Shown here one piece after another: positions 26,492 through 40,552 of a stretch of 64,000 nucleotides of DNA. The DNA comes from Octopus sinensis (taxonomy: Eukaryota), in contig NC_042999.1 in NCBI RefSeq assembly GCF_006345805.1, forward strand, positions 57,412,001 to 57,476,000. The letters run 5' to 3'. Under the pieces are notes generated by a model, which saw only the letters and a program-made list of their open reading frames with translations, ran no database searches and was not told where the DNA came from. Numbering within the stretch: the first letter of the stretch is position 1; each line of letters opens with the position of its first letter. The translations under genes and the position numbers were made by a program.

Positions 26492-26959
26492 GTTTGACTG
26501 ACAATACTACCAATAGCTTCATGTGGAAGTGATTTCCAAAATCTTCAAGCGATTCACATAGAAATGCTAGTAATCACCTCCATGTTGAATGAGAATTGAG
26601 AATATGCAAAATTATGCAAGTATATGCAGGACTTCAGAATAAATACACAGATCGGCAAAAGTAACTTGTGAGGATTTTCAATTGTTATTTCTTATACATT
26701 GGCTATGGATTATTGCAAAAATTTGGGTTCATCATAGATTAATTCATAACCTTGTGTGAAAACGATCATGCAAACCCATATCTATAGATATATATAAATA
26801 CATCCAACATGCATTTTGTTGAGGTTTGACCATGTGCACCTTATTATTTATGACGCTTCACATGTTGCACATGCAACATTTTTATCCAATAGACCCTTAA
26901 AGAGGGGGCGCGGATACCCCCTGTATGAGTTGGAGCATCATAGCTGGGACCATCAAATA

Positions 26960-27380
26960 TAAAGGGCAAGGCAGCAGATGAAATCTGTGTATCACAGAGT
27001 GCTACTCGAGTGGCCTTTCCGACGTGTTGACATTCAACAGTAACACTCGAAAGTGTCATCTTCCCTATTTGTCTTCTTTTTCTCTTTCGGGAAATGACGT
27101 GACTATGGACTGACCGTGTGGTTGTATCAGGCCCATCTTCCAAACCGAGTCACCTTTGCTGTCAGAGACCGATCGACCAGTATCCGTTTTCTTGTGGACA
27201 CTGGTGCAGAGGGAAGCATCCTACCATCTACTCGTGTACAAGGTAACAAGAAACTATTATCAATCCTTATTGAGACTGTTAACTATTCGCCGATTGCAAT
27301 CTTTGGAGAAAATTCGACGATCCTGAATCTCAGTCTCAGAAGAGCCTTCAAATAGTTTTTTTACAGTCGCTAAATTCCCA
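26960..27380 (+). mobile_element. Ty3/Gypsy gag-protease fragment
   Basis: FAVRDRSTSIRFLVDTGAEGSILP aspartic protease motif, followed by SPIAIFG..STILNLSLRRAF. Confidence 0.8.
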
Positions 27381-27930
27381 GCTAAATTCCCGGCACGTGC
27401 ACGCACACACATGCATACATACATGCATACATACATACATACATACATACATACATACATACATACATACATACATACATACATACATACATACACGCAT
27501 AAATACATACATACATAAATACATACATACATATATACATTCATACAAACCCGTGTACACACACATGCGCACACACACGTACACACACGCGCGCACGCAC
27601 ACACGCACACACTCACACACAAGTTCAAAATTAATGGTGAATGTCACAGAATAAACAAAGTGAAACAAGGTGTAACTATTAGTTTAATTTTCAGCAAGAG
27701 ATTAAGAAAGTTGACGTGTGTGACATTCCAAGCTGGTGTTCAAAGTTATTTAAACGAAAGAAAATGAGTACAAGAAAGAAAGGAAAAGGGGTGGAAGACA
27801 CGAAGATACATGTACGGACTAAGGACTTCAATACAGCAATAAAAACAAAAGCTAACAAAACAATCATTCTTTTGATAGTACTGCCTTTGCTTACCGTGAT
27901 GATCTGTACCAACATGTGGTATTTTCTAAA

Positions 27931-28160
27931 AGGCGGTGTGCTGGCAGAAACGTTATCGCGCGGGGCGAAATGCTTAGCGGTATTTCGTCTGCGTTACGTT
28001 GTGAGTTCAAATTCCGCCGAGGTCGACTTTGCCTTTCATCCTTTCGGGGTTGATAAATTAAGTACCAGTTACGCACTGGGGTCGATGTAATCGACTTAAT
28101 ACCTATGTCTGTCCTTGTTTGTCCCCTCTGTGTTTAGCCCCTTGTGGGTAATAAAGAAAT
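27931..28160 (+). mobile_element. tRNA-derived SINE with conserved central domain
   Basis: A-box-like TGGCAGAAACGTT, B box GAGTTCAAATTCC (28003-28015), central GCCTTTCATCCTTTCGGGG.TGATAAA..AAGTACCAG; related copies near 48860-48960 and 50640-50800. Confidence 0.8.
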
Positions 28161-28355
28161 AGGTATTTTCTAAGAGTAAGGTATACTCCTTGAGTTAAAC
28201 ATCTTGATCAATATGTACCACTGACTTCTTGGCTGCTTGTTCTACCCACTCTTCATTCAGTCTTTCATGCACTCCCAATATTTATTTATGATACTGACTA
28301 ACACAACCCCTAATATGTTTTATTGCACTTTTCCCTTTTTCTTTTCATTTTTCAG

Positions 28356-28498
28356 ATTTGTCATTTGAAAATCCCCTGGAATTTTCATTGACAAATGTTT
28401 ATGGTAGCCATGTTCTCATAAATGCTGCTAAAGAGCTGAATATAAAATTATTTTTCCATATGAGCACAGATGAAATATATGGTGGTGCACATAATGAA
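28356..28498 (+). CDS. TGDS: TGDS exon 5 (DLSFENPLEFSLTNVYGSHVLINAAKELNIKLFFHMSTDEIYGGAHNE)
   Basis: Long polypyrimidine acceptor ...ttttcAG, donor GTGAGT; 143 nt, phase 1/0; catalytic STDE motif. Confidence 0.96.
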
Positions 28499-29825
28499 GT
28501 GAGTTTTTTGACATTGTCACTGATATTAATTAAAAGCGATCATAATTATTAATTCAACAGATTTAAGCTATTTCAGAAATTTAAAAAAAAAGGCTTGAAA
28601 CTCTGCTACATCTTTTTTCTTTTGTTTTATAAATCAGTCTGCAAATTGTCTCATGAATAATGTTACAATCAGAGCAGATATTGTTGTTGAATCAAGAGGA
28701 TACACATTCCTGTTAGAATGTTACATACATTTCATAAAACGTTTACATATTAAAATCTAAATTTAGCAAATCCATTAACATTGAAATTGTCCAGTGTTAC
28801 TGAACTGAAGACTTCAGTAAAAAAAAAAAAAAAACATTAATTTCATGTGTTCTCACAGATTATTACGAAATATGCATATTTAGTAAAATCACATTACTCA
28901 GAAAACTTTCAAAGAGAAAAGTCAGGTATCTCTGAAAACCAGCTTTATCTTGGGAATAAAATGAACAGAAACCTTCTTTGAATAGAATATTGTTAAAAGC
29001 TCGAAACACATTGGGTCAATTTCTTTGTCATTACATAACGTTTTCAAAAATCATTCGTGACACATGACAAATCCAAAGGTAAATTGGGCCAAGATGATTA
29101 AGAAACTCCGGTCTGAGGCTAAATTCCAGTGTGATGGTAGCAATTATGTAAATCCACATAGCAGTTGAAGTCACTGTTATGAGTTGGAAATGCACTTATC
29201 AATTGGGTAGTGTTGTCACCATTAAAAGCAGTGAGATGAAAGCTGTAGTATCAAGGAAGACAAGATAATTTGAAAGTTAGATATCTTGGATATGGACATG
29301 ATACAATATCAGTAATATAATTCAAGCAATAAACTTTATTGTTCATTATCCTGTACCCTATCTCTTTTGTCATCCGTGTCCTCATGCATATACATACACA
29401 ACCAAATTCATACTATAAAATCTAAACAGCTACTAATTAGAACTTTAAGATTTTACTTCTCTCAGAGATTTTACTTCTCTCAATTTTAGAGTGTATTTTT
29501 TATTTTTTATTTTTTTATTTTTATTTTAACTAGTTTCAGCTCACGAGCTGTGGCCATGCTGGGGCACCGCCATTTGCCATTTGCCATTTGCAATATTTAT
29601 TAGTTTACTGAATTTCAAATAAAATTTGCAAGGTTAACATTACATGAAAATGGATTGACACCATCGAGTACCAAACAAATTGTCTTGCAATATTTACCTA
29701 GCAGTTCTTTGTCTTCTGAGTCCATATTCCACATGGAATCAATTTTGCATTTCAGTATTATTATGTCAATAAAATAAAGTTAAATCAAATATTAAGGTTA
29801 ATATATATAATATACTATAACGATA

Positions 29826-30131
29826 AACGTCGCCCCTTTCAAGCCTAGCCAGGCTCATGGGCCCGGTTTCCCGGTTTCTATGGTGTATGTGTTCCTCCCA
29901 GCTGGACGAGGCGCCAGTCCATCGCAGCGTTACTCAGGAAACAGGAAGAGAGTGAGAGAAAGTTGTGGCGAAAGAGTGCAACAGGGGTCGTCGCCACCCC
30001 CTGCCGGAGCTTCGTGGAGCTTTTAGGTGTTTTCGCTCAATAAACACATGCAACGCCCGGTCTGGGAATCGAAACCGAGATCCTCCGGCTGCGAATCCGC
30101 TGCTCTAACCACTGGGCTATTGCGCCTCCAC
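29826..30131 (-). mobile_element. tRNA-derived SINE
   Basis: Minus strand begins gtggaggcgcaa TAGCCCAGTGG ttagagc...GGTTTCGATTCCC (A and B boxes) and runs into a non-tRNA body. Confidence 0.8.
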
Positions 30132-30236
30132 CTAATATACTATAGTATTCCTTAAAATGGGAGACCTTGTTTCTATGTTAGAAATTACATTGCATGTAAG
30201 CTAATCGAAATATTTTCTTCTCATATTTATTACAAG

Positions 30237-30335
30237 ATATGTTGTGAGGAAAGCAGCTTCCAGCCAAGCAATCCATATGCTGCAACTAAAGCTGCAGCAG
30301 AGTGCATTGTGATGTCATACTGGAGAACTTACAAG
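30237..30335 (+). CDS. TGDS: TGDS exon 6 ([33 protein letters not shown])
   Basis: Acceptor ...tattacaAG (AAG type), donor GTAAAA; 99 nt; SDR catalytic YxxxK (YAATK). Confidence 0.94.
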
Positions 30336-31374
30336 GTAAAAAAAACACTTTTTTTCTACTGTGTATATTTGTTGATATTGTGGGTGTTCAGCTTCTACTG
30401 AAACCATCGCCAACAATTTACCTTGGCACAGGCATGACCGTGTTGTTAAGAAGTCTTTACAACTACATAGGTTTTTTTAGATTCAGCCCCACTGTTACAT
30501 CCTTGGGTGAGTACTTTCTACTATTGCCCCGAACTGACCGATGTCTTATAAATGAATTTGGTAGGCATGTGTGTGTGTGTGTATGTGTGTGTGTGTATTT
30601 CACTTGGCATTGCGATATTAATAACATGATGTACAACTCAATGTGTGTATACTTCTGAACTAAGCATTAGTCGAGTGCAGAGCAGTAATAAGAAAAAGAG
30701 ATGACAAAGGAATAAGTGATTATCTTATGAACGTAAGTTCATAAGATAATTGTTTTCTTATATATATGTGTGTGTGTGTGTGTATTATATCTTTTACTTG
30801 TTTCAGTCATGTGACTGTGGCCATGCTGGTCATGTGACTGTGGTCGGCCTAAGGCTATAGTAGAAGACACTTGCCCAAGTTGCTACGCAGTGGGACTGAA
30901 CCCGGAACCACACAGCCACTCCTATGCCTATATATATATATATGTCGCTAGTTAAAAAATCTCTGTAAGAGAGATGAAAGTTGTAACTATACTCAAAAGT
31001 AATGTTTGTCGCCGCATCAACATGGCTGTTTCGTACGAACCTACATTACTTCTATTTTTAACCCCAAGAGGACACCTCCTCTCTCTGGTTTACGATGCAA
31101 TCTGCCTCCGATATATATTGCAAACAAGGAAGCGAACTCCTACCATCTTCTAGCAACTTGACAGGACCACTAGACCAGGCTGGTTTTGGGCTATTTTTGC
31201 TCATACTCAGTGATGGGCACTTGCCAACTAACTAGAAGAGGCGTCTTCTTGGAGTTAAAAATAGTAGTAACGATGATTCGTATGGAACGGCCATATTGAA
31301 GTGGCAACAAACATTACTTTATGTGTGTGGGGAGTGTACGTGTGTGGGGGTGTGCATGCGTGTGTGTGTGTATC

Positions 31375-31419
<45 letters not shown>

Positions 31420-31991
31420 AAGTAACAGAGTGCAATAAAGATTTTAGAAATTTTTACCACCAGTGGCCTAGCATATAGAAAACTTAGTCAATAGACTATA
31501 TATTATTCATATAAATTACAGTGTACATTTAAACACATTAAGAGATATCCATCATAGGACTCCCTTACGCTAGAAGGAACAGAAATCCTTATACATAATT
31601 AATAATATTATTAATTATGTATAATGATTTCTGGAAAATCGTTCGAAGAAATTGCCGGCATTTATTTTGCTGCCGACAAAAAACTGCGCTTGAACGGTAG
31701 ATTTGAAAAAATTAGAATGTATAAGCAAGAGGTACATGCTGGATTCGCCTCGTACTTATATGTTTAATCTTGGTGTACCTGTTGACGAAGACTTCGCCTG
31801 GCAAATTATTTTATTTTATTTGCTAAAAAAAGTCTGAAACCATGCTCCAGGAAATAGATGGTAAATATTTTTATTTTTCATTCCCTTCGAGATTTTATCC
31901 CTAATTAGTGTTTTGAACTTTAGCTGTTCCTTCTAGCATAACGGAGTCCTATGATGGATACCTCTTAATGTGTTTAAATGTACACTGTATT

Positions 31992-32104
<113 letters not shown>

Positions 32105-32207
32105 TACATATATATACACACATATATATATATATACATATATATATACATATATATATATATACATACATATATATATACATATATATATACATATATA
32201 TATATAT

Positions 32208-32250
<43 letters not shown>

Positions 32251-32260
32251 ATATATAGAC

Positions 32261-32302
<42 letters not shown>

Positions 32303-33147
32303 AAGACCCCCTTCAGTCATGAATGACAATGGGACTGCAACTAGAAAGTTCTCCTCTAAAGCACAAGTCCGGGTAAGGTTGTTTATGGAAGACCAGCATT
32401 CGCCCACGTATACCAGCCTCCCCTCTCCACGCCACCGATGTTATTCAAGGTAAAAGCAAAGGCTATTACAACTTGGCACCAGTGACATCACAACTCATTC
32501 TACAGCTGAGTGAACTACATACCTTTGCATATATATCCATTTTTTTGTGAGCGACACTGTAGCATTTGAAGCTGTTTGGCTTAAGTTAGAACGTAGATTA
32601 TCATGAAATTTTGATGCAACAGAAATCATTTTGATAATTTTAAAAGGTTGTTTTATAGAATGAAGGCCAGTCTTAAGCAGTTTGGTATCAAAAGGCTTAA
32701 CTTGCAGACATTACAATGGTGACATTACAGACATTACAATGGTGTAATTTACTACCTAAACCATTCGATGCATGCTGAAGTTGTTTTGATTATTTTTTTT
32801 TTTTTTTGCATTTGTCACATAATGCCTAATTAAACAATTTGGAATTTTCTAAATTATCCAACAGCATCTCTACTTCCTTGCTGTAACGGTATCTCTACTT
32901 AGTTGTTCTGTATTTTAGACGAATATATATGTGTATATATTATTGAGGCATAAATCAATGTCTCAATAATATATATACATATATATTCATCTAAACTATG
33001 CTAGTATGAAAAAACAAATGTAAAACAAACATGATTGTTTCTCACCTACCCTCACCCCTATAAATTATCTATGATCGTAACTGGTTCCTGCTCCTTCACC
33101 TTCAATTACCTACAATTATGAATATTTCTCACTTTCCTTATCAACAG

Positions 33148-33207
33148 TTACCTGTGGTTATGATCCGTGCCAACAACATATATGGACCTCACCAATACCC
33201 TGACAAG
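33148..33207 (+). CDS. TGDS: TGDS exon 7 (LPVVMIRANNIYGPHQYPDK)
   Basis: Acceptor ttatcaacAG, donor GTAAGT; 60 nt; NxYGPHQYP motif. Confidence 0.96.
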
Positions 33208-33599
33208 GTAAGTTTAAAATATTCTATCAACATTTCAGGTTATTTTAGTATTTTTGCTTTCTTTTAGTGTTCATGTTGTTGTTCTTTAGCTTCCGGTCAG
33301 CTCTAATCAAGTAGATCCATGATGAAAGGCACTCTAATAATGGTTATTCAGTTTAGAGATGAGAGTCTATGTGTAGTACATAATAAGAATTGTCACGATA
33401 AAGATATAATAAAAAGAAAATGATGCAAAATATTTAGCTAACTGAATCTAAAAACTACTGTTAGTGCTAATCTTAAAGAAGGTAATTACATTAATATAAC
33501 TCTTAGTACAGGCAGATATAAACCTTTCCATACAACGTCTGATGCTCTAACCATCTCCCATCAATAGTTAATTAGTTAATAGCATTAGTAAGCGTGTTT

Positions 33600-34810
33600 C
33601 CAAACTATCCTCTGATGAAGCAACAATAAAAAGGCAACCCCGCCTTACAAAATCCAGATTTAGAAAATGCAATTTTAAGAACAATATAACTTATATTGAA
33701 CCAAACCTTGATAAACAAAAAAAGATGTAGATGTAAGAAAATTGTGTTGTATAATCCTCCATACAGCATGAACGTGGCTACTAATATAGGTAGACTTTTC
33801 CTGAAGCTTAAACATACACACTTCTTACACTCACATAACATCACAAGATCTTTAATAGAAACATGATTAAAGTTCGCAATAGTTGCTTTCCTAACATTAG
33901 CTCGATGATCTTCAATTACAATAAGAACGAGGAACACGTAATCATTTCACTGTAGACCCCTCAGAACAACAAGAGCTCAGAAAAGGAACTGGTTTACAGG
34001 GTTAATATCAGAGACGTAGATGGGACCACAAGAACTTACATTGGAATGATTAGAAGTACCTTCAATGAAAGATACATGCAGCACTTGGTTTTGATTAGAG
34101 ATGAGAATAAAAGGCAAGCGACATATTTATATAACATGGTATGGAACTTTAAAGATAGAAACGTACACAACCCCCAAATAAACTGGATCATCATAGCCAA
34201 AGCCAGCAAATAGAAAGTACAAGGCAGAAATTAAACATCATAATTTCAACAGCGAACGTTTTAAGCTTTAGGGAAGAAACCTCACCTTGCGTGCACAATT
34301 TAAACTACAAAATTTCAATCAAGACCTTTCGTTCACCTTACCATCGATCCCACCAGGATAAATTTAAGATATAATGGTTATATTTGTTTTTTGCACAACA
34401 TGCATAATAAACATACGATCCCAGGAATTCATGTTGGGATTCTAAACTGCACATATATGTATGATTTATACATAACACATATACAAGACATCACACAATT
34501 TGCAAAATACATTTTATGAACTTACAGTTTTATGTTTCATAGACTAATATATGCTCAAAAACTGTGGAAGCATCATAAATAATGAGAAACACACTCACAT
34601 ACATCCACAAAAGGCAGGCGTGGCCATCGCCATGATTGACCGCTAGCTACTAAGCTTTCTTTTTTTTTATTCTCTCTCTGTTTATTTTCTCATGTTCCTT
34701 TCTGATGAAGAGCGTAGGCTCGAAACGTAAAAAACTTTCTCACTTTCCCGAGCGTTAAACTAATACACCTATTTGTTGTTTACACACCTATCTTCGTCTT
34801 TTGTTTTTTT
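33600..34810 (+). mobile_element. Degenerate Penelope-like 3' region with terminal hammerhead
   Basis: RKIVLYNPPYSMNVATNIGRLFLKL (PLE linker motif), YIGM...TFNERY..H (GIY-YIG), then an HHR at 34699-34732. Confidence 0.75.
34699..34732 (+). ncRNA. Minimal hammerhead motif with intact core
   Basis: TTT-CTGATGA-A-GAGC gtag GCTC-GAAAC-GTA-AAA. Confidence 0.7.
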
Positions 34811-35133
34811 GTAAATTCCATTTATATAATTATATGTGGATACGCATGAATGTCTTCATATAATGAAATTACGCAATGTTGAATACACGTGTGTGCAAAA
34901 CCAATGGGATCATGCAACCGAGATAAAAATTAAAGAAGTCTCCAAATATGTTGTCTCCAATATTTGTGTATCTATTAACCAAAAAAGGTAATAATGTTGA
35001 AATCCTGTGTTATCCCACGTAATTCCATCCAACATCGAGGCAATTACCGTCATTCTTAAGTGGAGTGCTTGAAATATGTGAACTCCCTGCATTGGTAAGA
35101 CTGTTAATCAACAAACACACACGTGTGTGTGTG

Positions 35134-35259
<126 letters not shown>

Positions 35260-35483
35260 ATTAAGATTCAGTTGAAATAGGTTCTTAAATCGAGGCACCT
35301 TGCTAGTTCGATATAATCTGCACACCCAAACAATGTTATTTGAATATTGACTATCAAGACCCTTTGTATGAGTATTTGTACCTAATATTCCTGTCGTGTA
35401 TGTAGACAATGCAACCCAGCTAAGTGAAGATATCTGCTCTTGATAAGTCAGACATGTATTTTTTATAAAGGTACTTTCTATAG

Positions 35484-36085
35484 TATTTCCAAAGTGCAGA
35501 TTCCAAGTTAAGTGAACAGAATATAAATAAGAAAGATGTACAGGTTTCAATTCATTATAGCCGTTTCAAGTGGCTCCATTTAATTGATTAATGAAAACAT
35601 TACATCAATATGTAAGAAACCCTTCTCGTCAGATGACAGCATAGACTTCAAACGTTAAAGATAAACCCTTTTTTTTTTTAAATTTACATCAATAATGGAA
35701 AACAAAATATTTACATTGTTTCATTTTGTTATATGTCTGGCAGAGTGAGTTTAGAAAATAATGCATACCTTGTTAAGCCTACTATAATTTAGAGGCTTAA
35801 CAAGTTATGCATTATTTTCTAAACTTACTCTGCCACAGATGTAACAAAATGAAACAATGTAAATATTTTGTTTTCCATTATTGATGTAAATTTGTTAAAA
35901 AAAGGGTTTATCTTTAATGTTTGAAGTCTATGCTGTCATCTGACGAAAAAGGTTTCTTACATATTGATATAATGTTTTCATTAATCAATTAAATGGAGCC
36001 ACTTGAAACGGCCGTAATTAATTGACACCTGTACATCGTTCTTTTTTATATTCTGTTCACTTAACTTGGAATCTGCACTTCGGAA

Positions 36086-36088
<3 letters not shown>
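35484..36088. repeat. About 605-bp palindrome (about 295-bp arms, about 14-nt loop) with an HHR-like motif in each arm
   Basis: Arms 35484-35779 and 35794-36088 are reverse complements, about 90% identical by eye. + strand: TCAT-CTGACGA(35940)...CTT-GAAAC(36005)-GGCCGT-A. Confidence 0.85.
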
Positions 36089-36158
<70 letters not shown>

Positions 36159-36167
36159 CAGATAGAC

Positions 36168-36256
<89 letters not shown>

Positions 36257-37646
36257 TGTTTATTAGCCACACAGAGCTGCACACAGACGGGACAGATTAC
36301 AAAGTAGAGATTTTCTTTTTTGGGGGGAAAAGGGTGGTGTAGGTTTTCGATCAAAAGGGATCGTAAAAGGGAAAGAAGAAAAAAAAGAAGGAAAAAAAGG
36401 AAAAGGAACAAAAGGAAGGAAAAAAGAAAAAAAACCATCAATAGGGATCGTGTATCACAGTGTCATGATGTAAGGTGTAAAGGGGGAAGCAGATAAGGTT
36501 TATCCGTGGGAAGAAAAGCCTACGGAAAAGACTACGGTAACCTCGATCAATATTGTTACATATTACCACATTTGTTTGCAAGTAGGTAACCCTCTGTTTT
36601 AAATTTACGGGTTCATAGGATTATGCTCAAGGTGGCTTCGTCATTCATACGTGCCATCCTTGCTACATTCACCCATCTTTTTTAAAACATTCACTAGACA
36701 AAACTTGCCTCTCTACTCTCACTTTCCTTTTCAAGTGATACTTGAAGAAGTTGATGAGAGATTGACCAGAGAGGAAAGTGTTTGTCTTCAATCCTTTCAG
36801 ACGCGTCCACCAGATACATTCTTTCGCCATAGCCACAAGGATGATGAAAATAGCTCTTCCTTCCCGTTTGAAGGAACGAGGCGTGACAATATTGACGATA
36901 GACTCGGCTGATAAACCAACTCGTCCCACACGTGACAGCAGTTGTTCGACATAAGCCCACAGGTCGGAAATTGTTGGACACTGCACGAGGTGTGTAGAAC
37001 GGTTTCGTCGCTCTGACCGCATCTCGGGCAGGTCGGCCCCGTGTTTCTCGAGCCGTGTCTATAGAGCTTATCCTGAACAGGTAGCGCTTCTCGGTAGCCC
37101 TGCCAGGCCAGAGATCTCTGGAAGTTGTCCATGGGCCTGGCCCGAAAGTCGTCCCGAACAGGCGGGTCGGGTATTCCTCGTCGACGTCCAGGTTCGCCCC
37201 GAGCTCGTCGTCGTACCTCCCCTCCACTAATCCCCTATAGAATGCTTGGGTCGTGTTGAAGCCATTCAAGGTCGACCCGGGACGGCATAGTTGCTTGAGA
37301 GCAACGCGACACTCGCGGTGCCATTCGCCCTTCCTCTGCCTCTTATTGATCCACGACTGCAGTTCGGTCATGGAGTCGAGTTGCGGGAAAGCGTGCCTCA
37401 CAAACGGCGACCACACCTGTTCACCGTCGTCTACGTAGAGCCTGAGATGTCGCAGTCTCAGCGCGTGTCTGCACATCATCAACCACGGCATGCCCAGTCC
37501 TCCTTTTAACGGGTGTTGACAGTAAATGGATCACCTGGCCATCGGAACGCATCCTTTCCACAAGAAGCGAAAGAGAATGCGTTCTAGTTTGGTGATGGTA
37601 GGGTCGGGACAAGGCACGACAGTCAGGCGGTAGTAGATGACGGACG
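36257..37646 (-). mobile_element. 5'-truncated Tx1-like LINE (zf-RVT C-terminus + 3' UTR) inside a (GATA)n array
   Basis: FQRSLAWQGYREALPVQDKLYRHG...PTCPRCGQSDETVLH (zf-RVT); AATAAA immediately before (TATC)n on the minus strand; GATA repeats abut both ends. Confidence 0.85.
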
Positions 37647-37914
<268 letters not shown>

Positions 37915-39377
37915 TCATATATGTATACGATGGTTTATCGATTACTCTAGATAGAAACTATAAAAGTACTGATGTTGCGAATAGCTGCTCACCAGATAAA
38001 ATATCCGGAAATGCTGCACGACAAATGCTGCAGTAACTAGTCTATCGACAGTGTGTGTATACTACAGATGACGCGTAAGTGGCTATTTTAATTGAACACT
38101 GTTTCGATTGTCTATACGGGATTTTTATTTTGCAACAACTGTGGCTGTTTTATTCGCTTCTTCCTTTATCAGAGAAAAACGATTTCTCATCCGAACATGT
38201 GGCTGGCGGCAAGTACTTGTCATTGAACAGACCTAAAATGACCGTAATGCATCTGACACTCTCACTGGTAGCTAGGGCGAATTTTCGTCTTTCTGTCTCA
38301 TGTTTATTATGTTTTTAATACGAACAAATACTGCATTCACTGGTCTACCAGCAGTGTCTATATATCAAGCATAACATATAGCTGGCTATTTTCATGAAAT
38401 ACTGCTTCAACTGCATATAACGGATTTATAGTTTTTGTATAGCTTTATATATATTACATGTGCGAACGCATGTGGGTGTTTATGCAGGTATATGTTTGCA
38501 TGTATGTTTGTGTGTATACGAACATATGTATGTATGTCATTATTTAGTTTAATTTCAAGATTTCTTGCCAATAGAGAGAGAGCCAGTTTCTAAACTAGAT
38601 ATGAGGCTCCTTCATTGGAATTTCAACACAAACAACAGGGTAATTTTGTATGTATGTATGTATGTATGTATGTATGTATGTATGTATGTATGTATGTATG
38701 CATGTATGCATGTATGTATGTATGTATGTATGTATGTATGTATGTATGTATGTATGTATGTATGCATGTATACAGATTTGTATGTTTTGTTTTATGTATG
38801 TCTTCTCATGCATATACTTGCATATCTAGACATGCTTATATATACTTAAATGATAAACTTCTAAAAAGTTTTACAGATTTTTACAGTTCTGGTGAATGAT
38901 TGGACATGTAGTCTTCGAATTAGCTTTCTCTTTTATGGTTTTGAGCATCCTAATTTCTCATGATTGGTATTTAGGCAATGTGTTACATATCCCAGTTCCC
39001 CAATAATTACAGGTATAAACCTGAATTTGAAGTCTGGATAGTGTAATTGCATGATTTCCACATATGTTACATTTTCTCTTCTCTGCCCCAAATTATTATA
39101 CAAGGTCTATTGTGGTTACACTTTATTGGGGTTTTCACTGGGACATTCCACTAGCACTCCTTTTTATTATGAATGGCTTCCACCATACAGTGGGTTCTTA
39201 TTTCTTTGTCTCTGGGTTATCCTTTCAATGGATCTCATTATACAGTGTCCTAGTTACATCATGTCTCCTCAGTAGATAATACCATAATGACATTTTCAGA
39301 CAACTGCTTATGCATCAGGTATTTAGTTGATATTTCCGGTATGTATGTGTGTATATGCATATAGATGTGTGAAAACA

Positions 39378-39423
<46 letters not shown>

Positions 39424-40508
39424 TGTTTTCATACATCTATATGCACATACACACATACATATATTCTTTTGCCGAACCGCTAAGTTACGGGGGTGTAAAC
39501 ACACCAGCATCGGTTGTCAAGCGATGTTGGGGAATAAACACAGACACACAAACATATACACACACATACATATATATACATATATACGACGGGCTTCTTT
39601 CAGTTTCCGTCTACTAAATCCACTCACAAGGCTTTGGTCAGCTTGAGGCTATAGTAGAAGACACTTGCCCAAGATGCCACATGATACTCACTTGCCACTA
39701 TTTTTAATTTTAATTTTTAATTCTTATTTCAGTTCAAATTCTATTTTAACCACTTGCTGTAGCTTATTTCTAATAAGGTTTATCTCATTCTGTGTATTTT
39801 TTTATACCCACTCCAACAAATTTACATTTTTCAATTTTTAATTTTTATTCAGTTCACCTTAAGGCTTATATATTTTCCCATTATGGTCAATCACTTTCAT
39901 GCAGCATTTTTGTTATTTCGTAAAGTAATTCTCCAGTAGGCTTTGAATGTTTATGCAATGAACTGTTAATTATGAATACTTGTAAATATTTATAAGACTA
40001 TTACATTGTTCTAATGACTAACAACTATCTAATGATCTGTTACATGAAACTCTGAGTTTCAGTGTCTCAGAACCTGAAACTATGTGCCTGGAAAGAGAAC
40101 TTATCAACTACTAATATATACCTGCACCAAAGATAATCTGTATTGGTAACCAATTCTGTCTCCCACACTATGATATATAATATTTAAGTTACTCTTCATG
40201 AGGCTTATAAGACATGTCATAATTTTAGCAGGCCCTTTTCTTGAATCACCACTTGCCAGTCACTTAAACTTTGTAATTGTATTTACAAGATACAAGCTAG
40301 TTTTCTGAGACTTTGGGGTGGGGAAGTGTCCTTTATAAGCCATCAAATATAGTAGATGCTGTCTTTCTAAAAATAAAAGTATTTAGGAAAGAATTTGTGA
40401 GAAAATGTTTTCAAACTTGTTTACTTTTGGTGTTTTGTCTAAGTTATTATTCCTTGTGTTGAAACTAAACACAGATGTAATGTTTAATCATATGTTTATT
40501 TCAAATAG

Positions 40509-40552
40509 GTTGTACCACGATTTATCTCTCGACTTCTGCAAAATAAAAAATG
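40509..40552 (+). CDS. TGDS: TGDS exon 8 (VVPRFISRLLQNKK + TG)
   Basis: Acceptor tcaaatAG, donor GTTAGT; 44 nt, phase 0/2; resembles VIPKFISLLQHNRKC. Confidence 0.92.

Noticed and set aside
33606-33615. CTGATGA as a hammerhead core
   Set aside because: No downstream stem II or GAAAC; it lies in PLE coding sequence.
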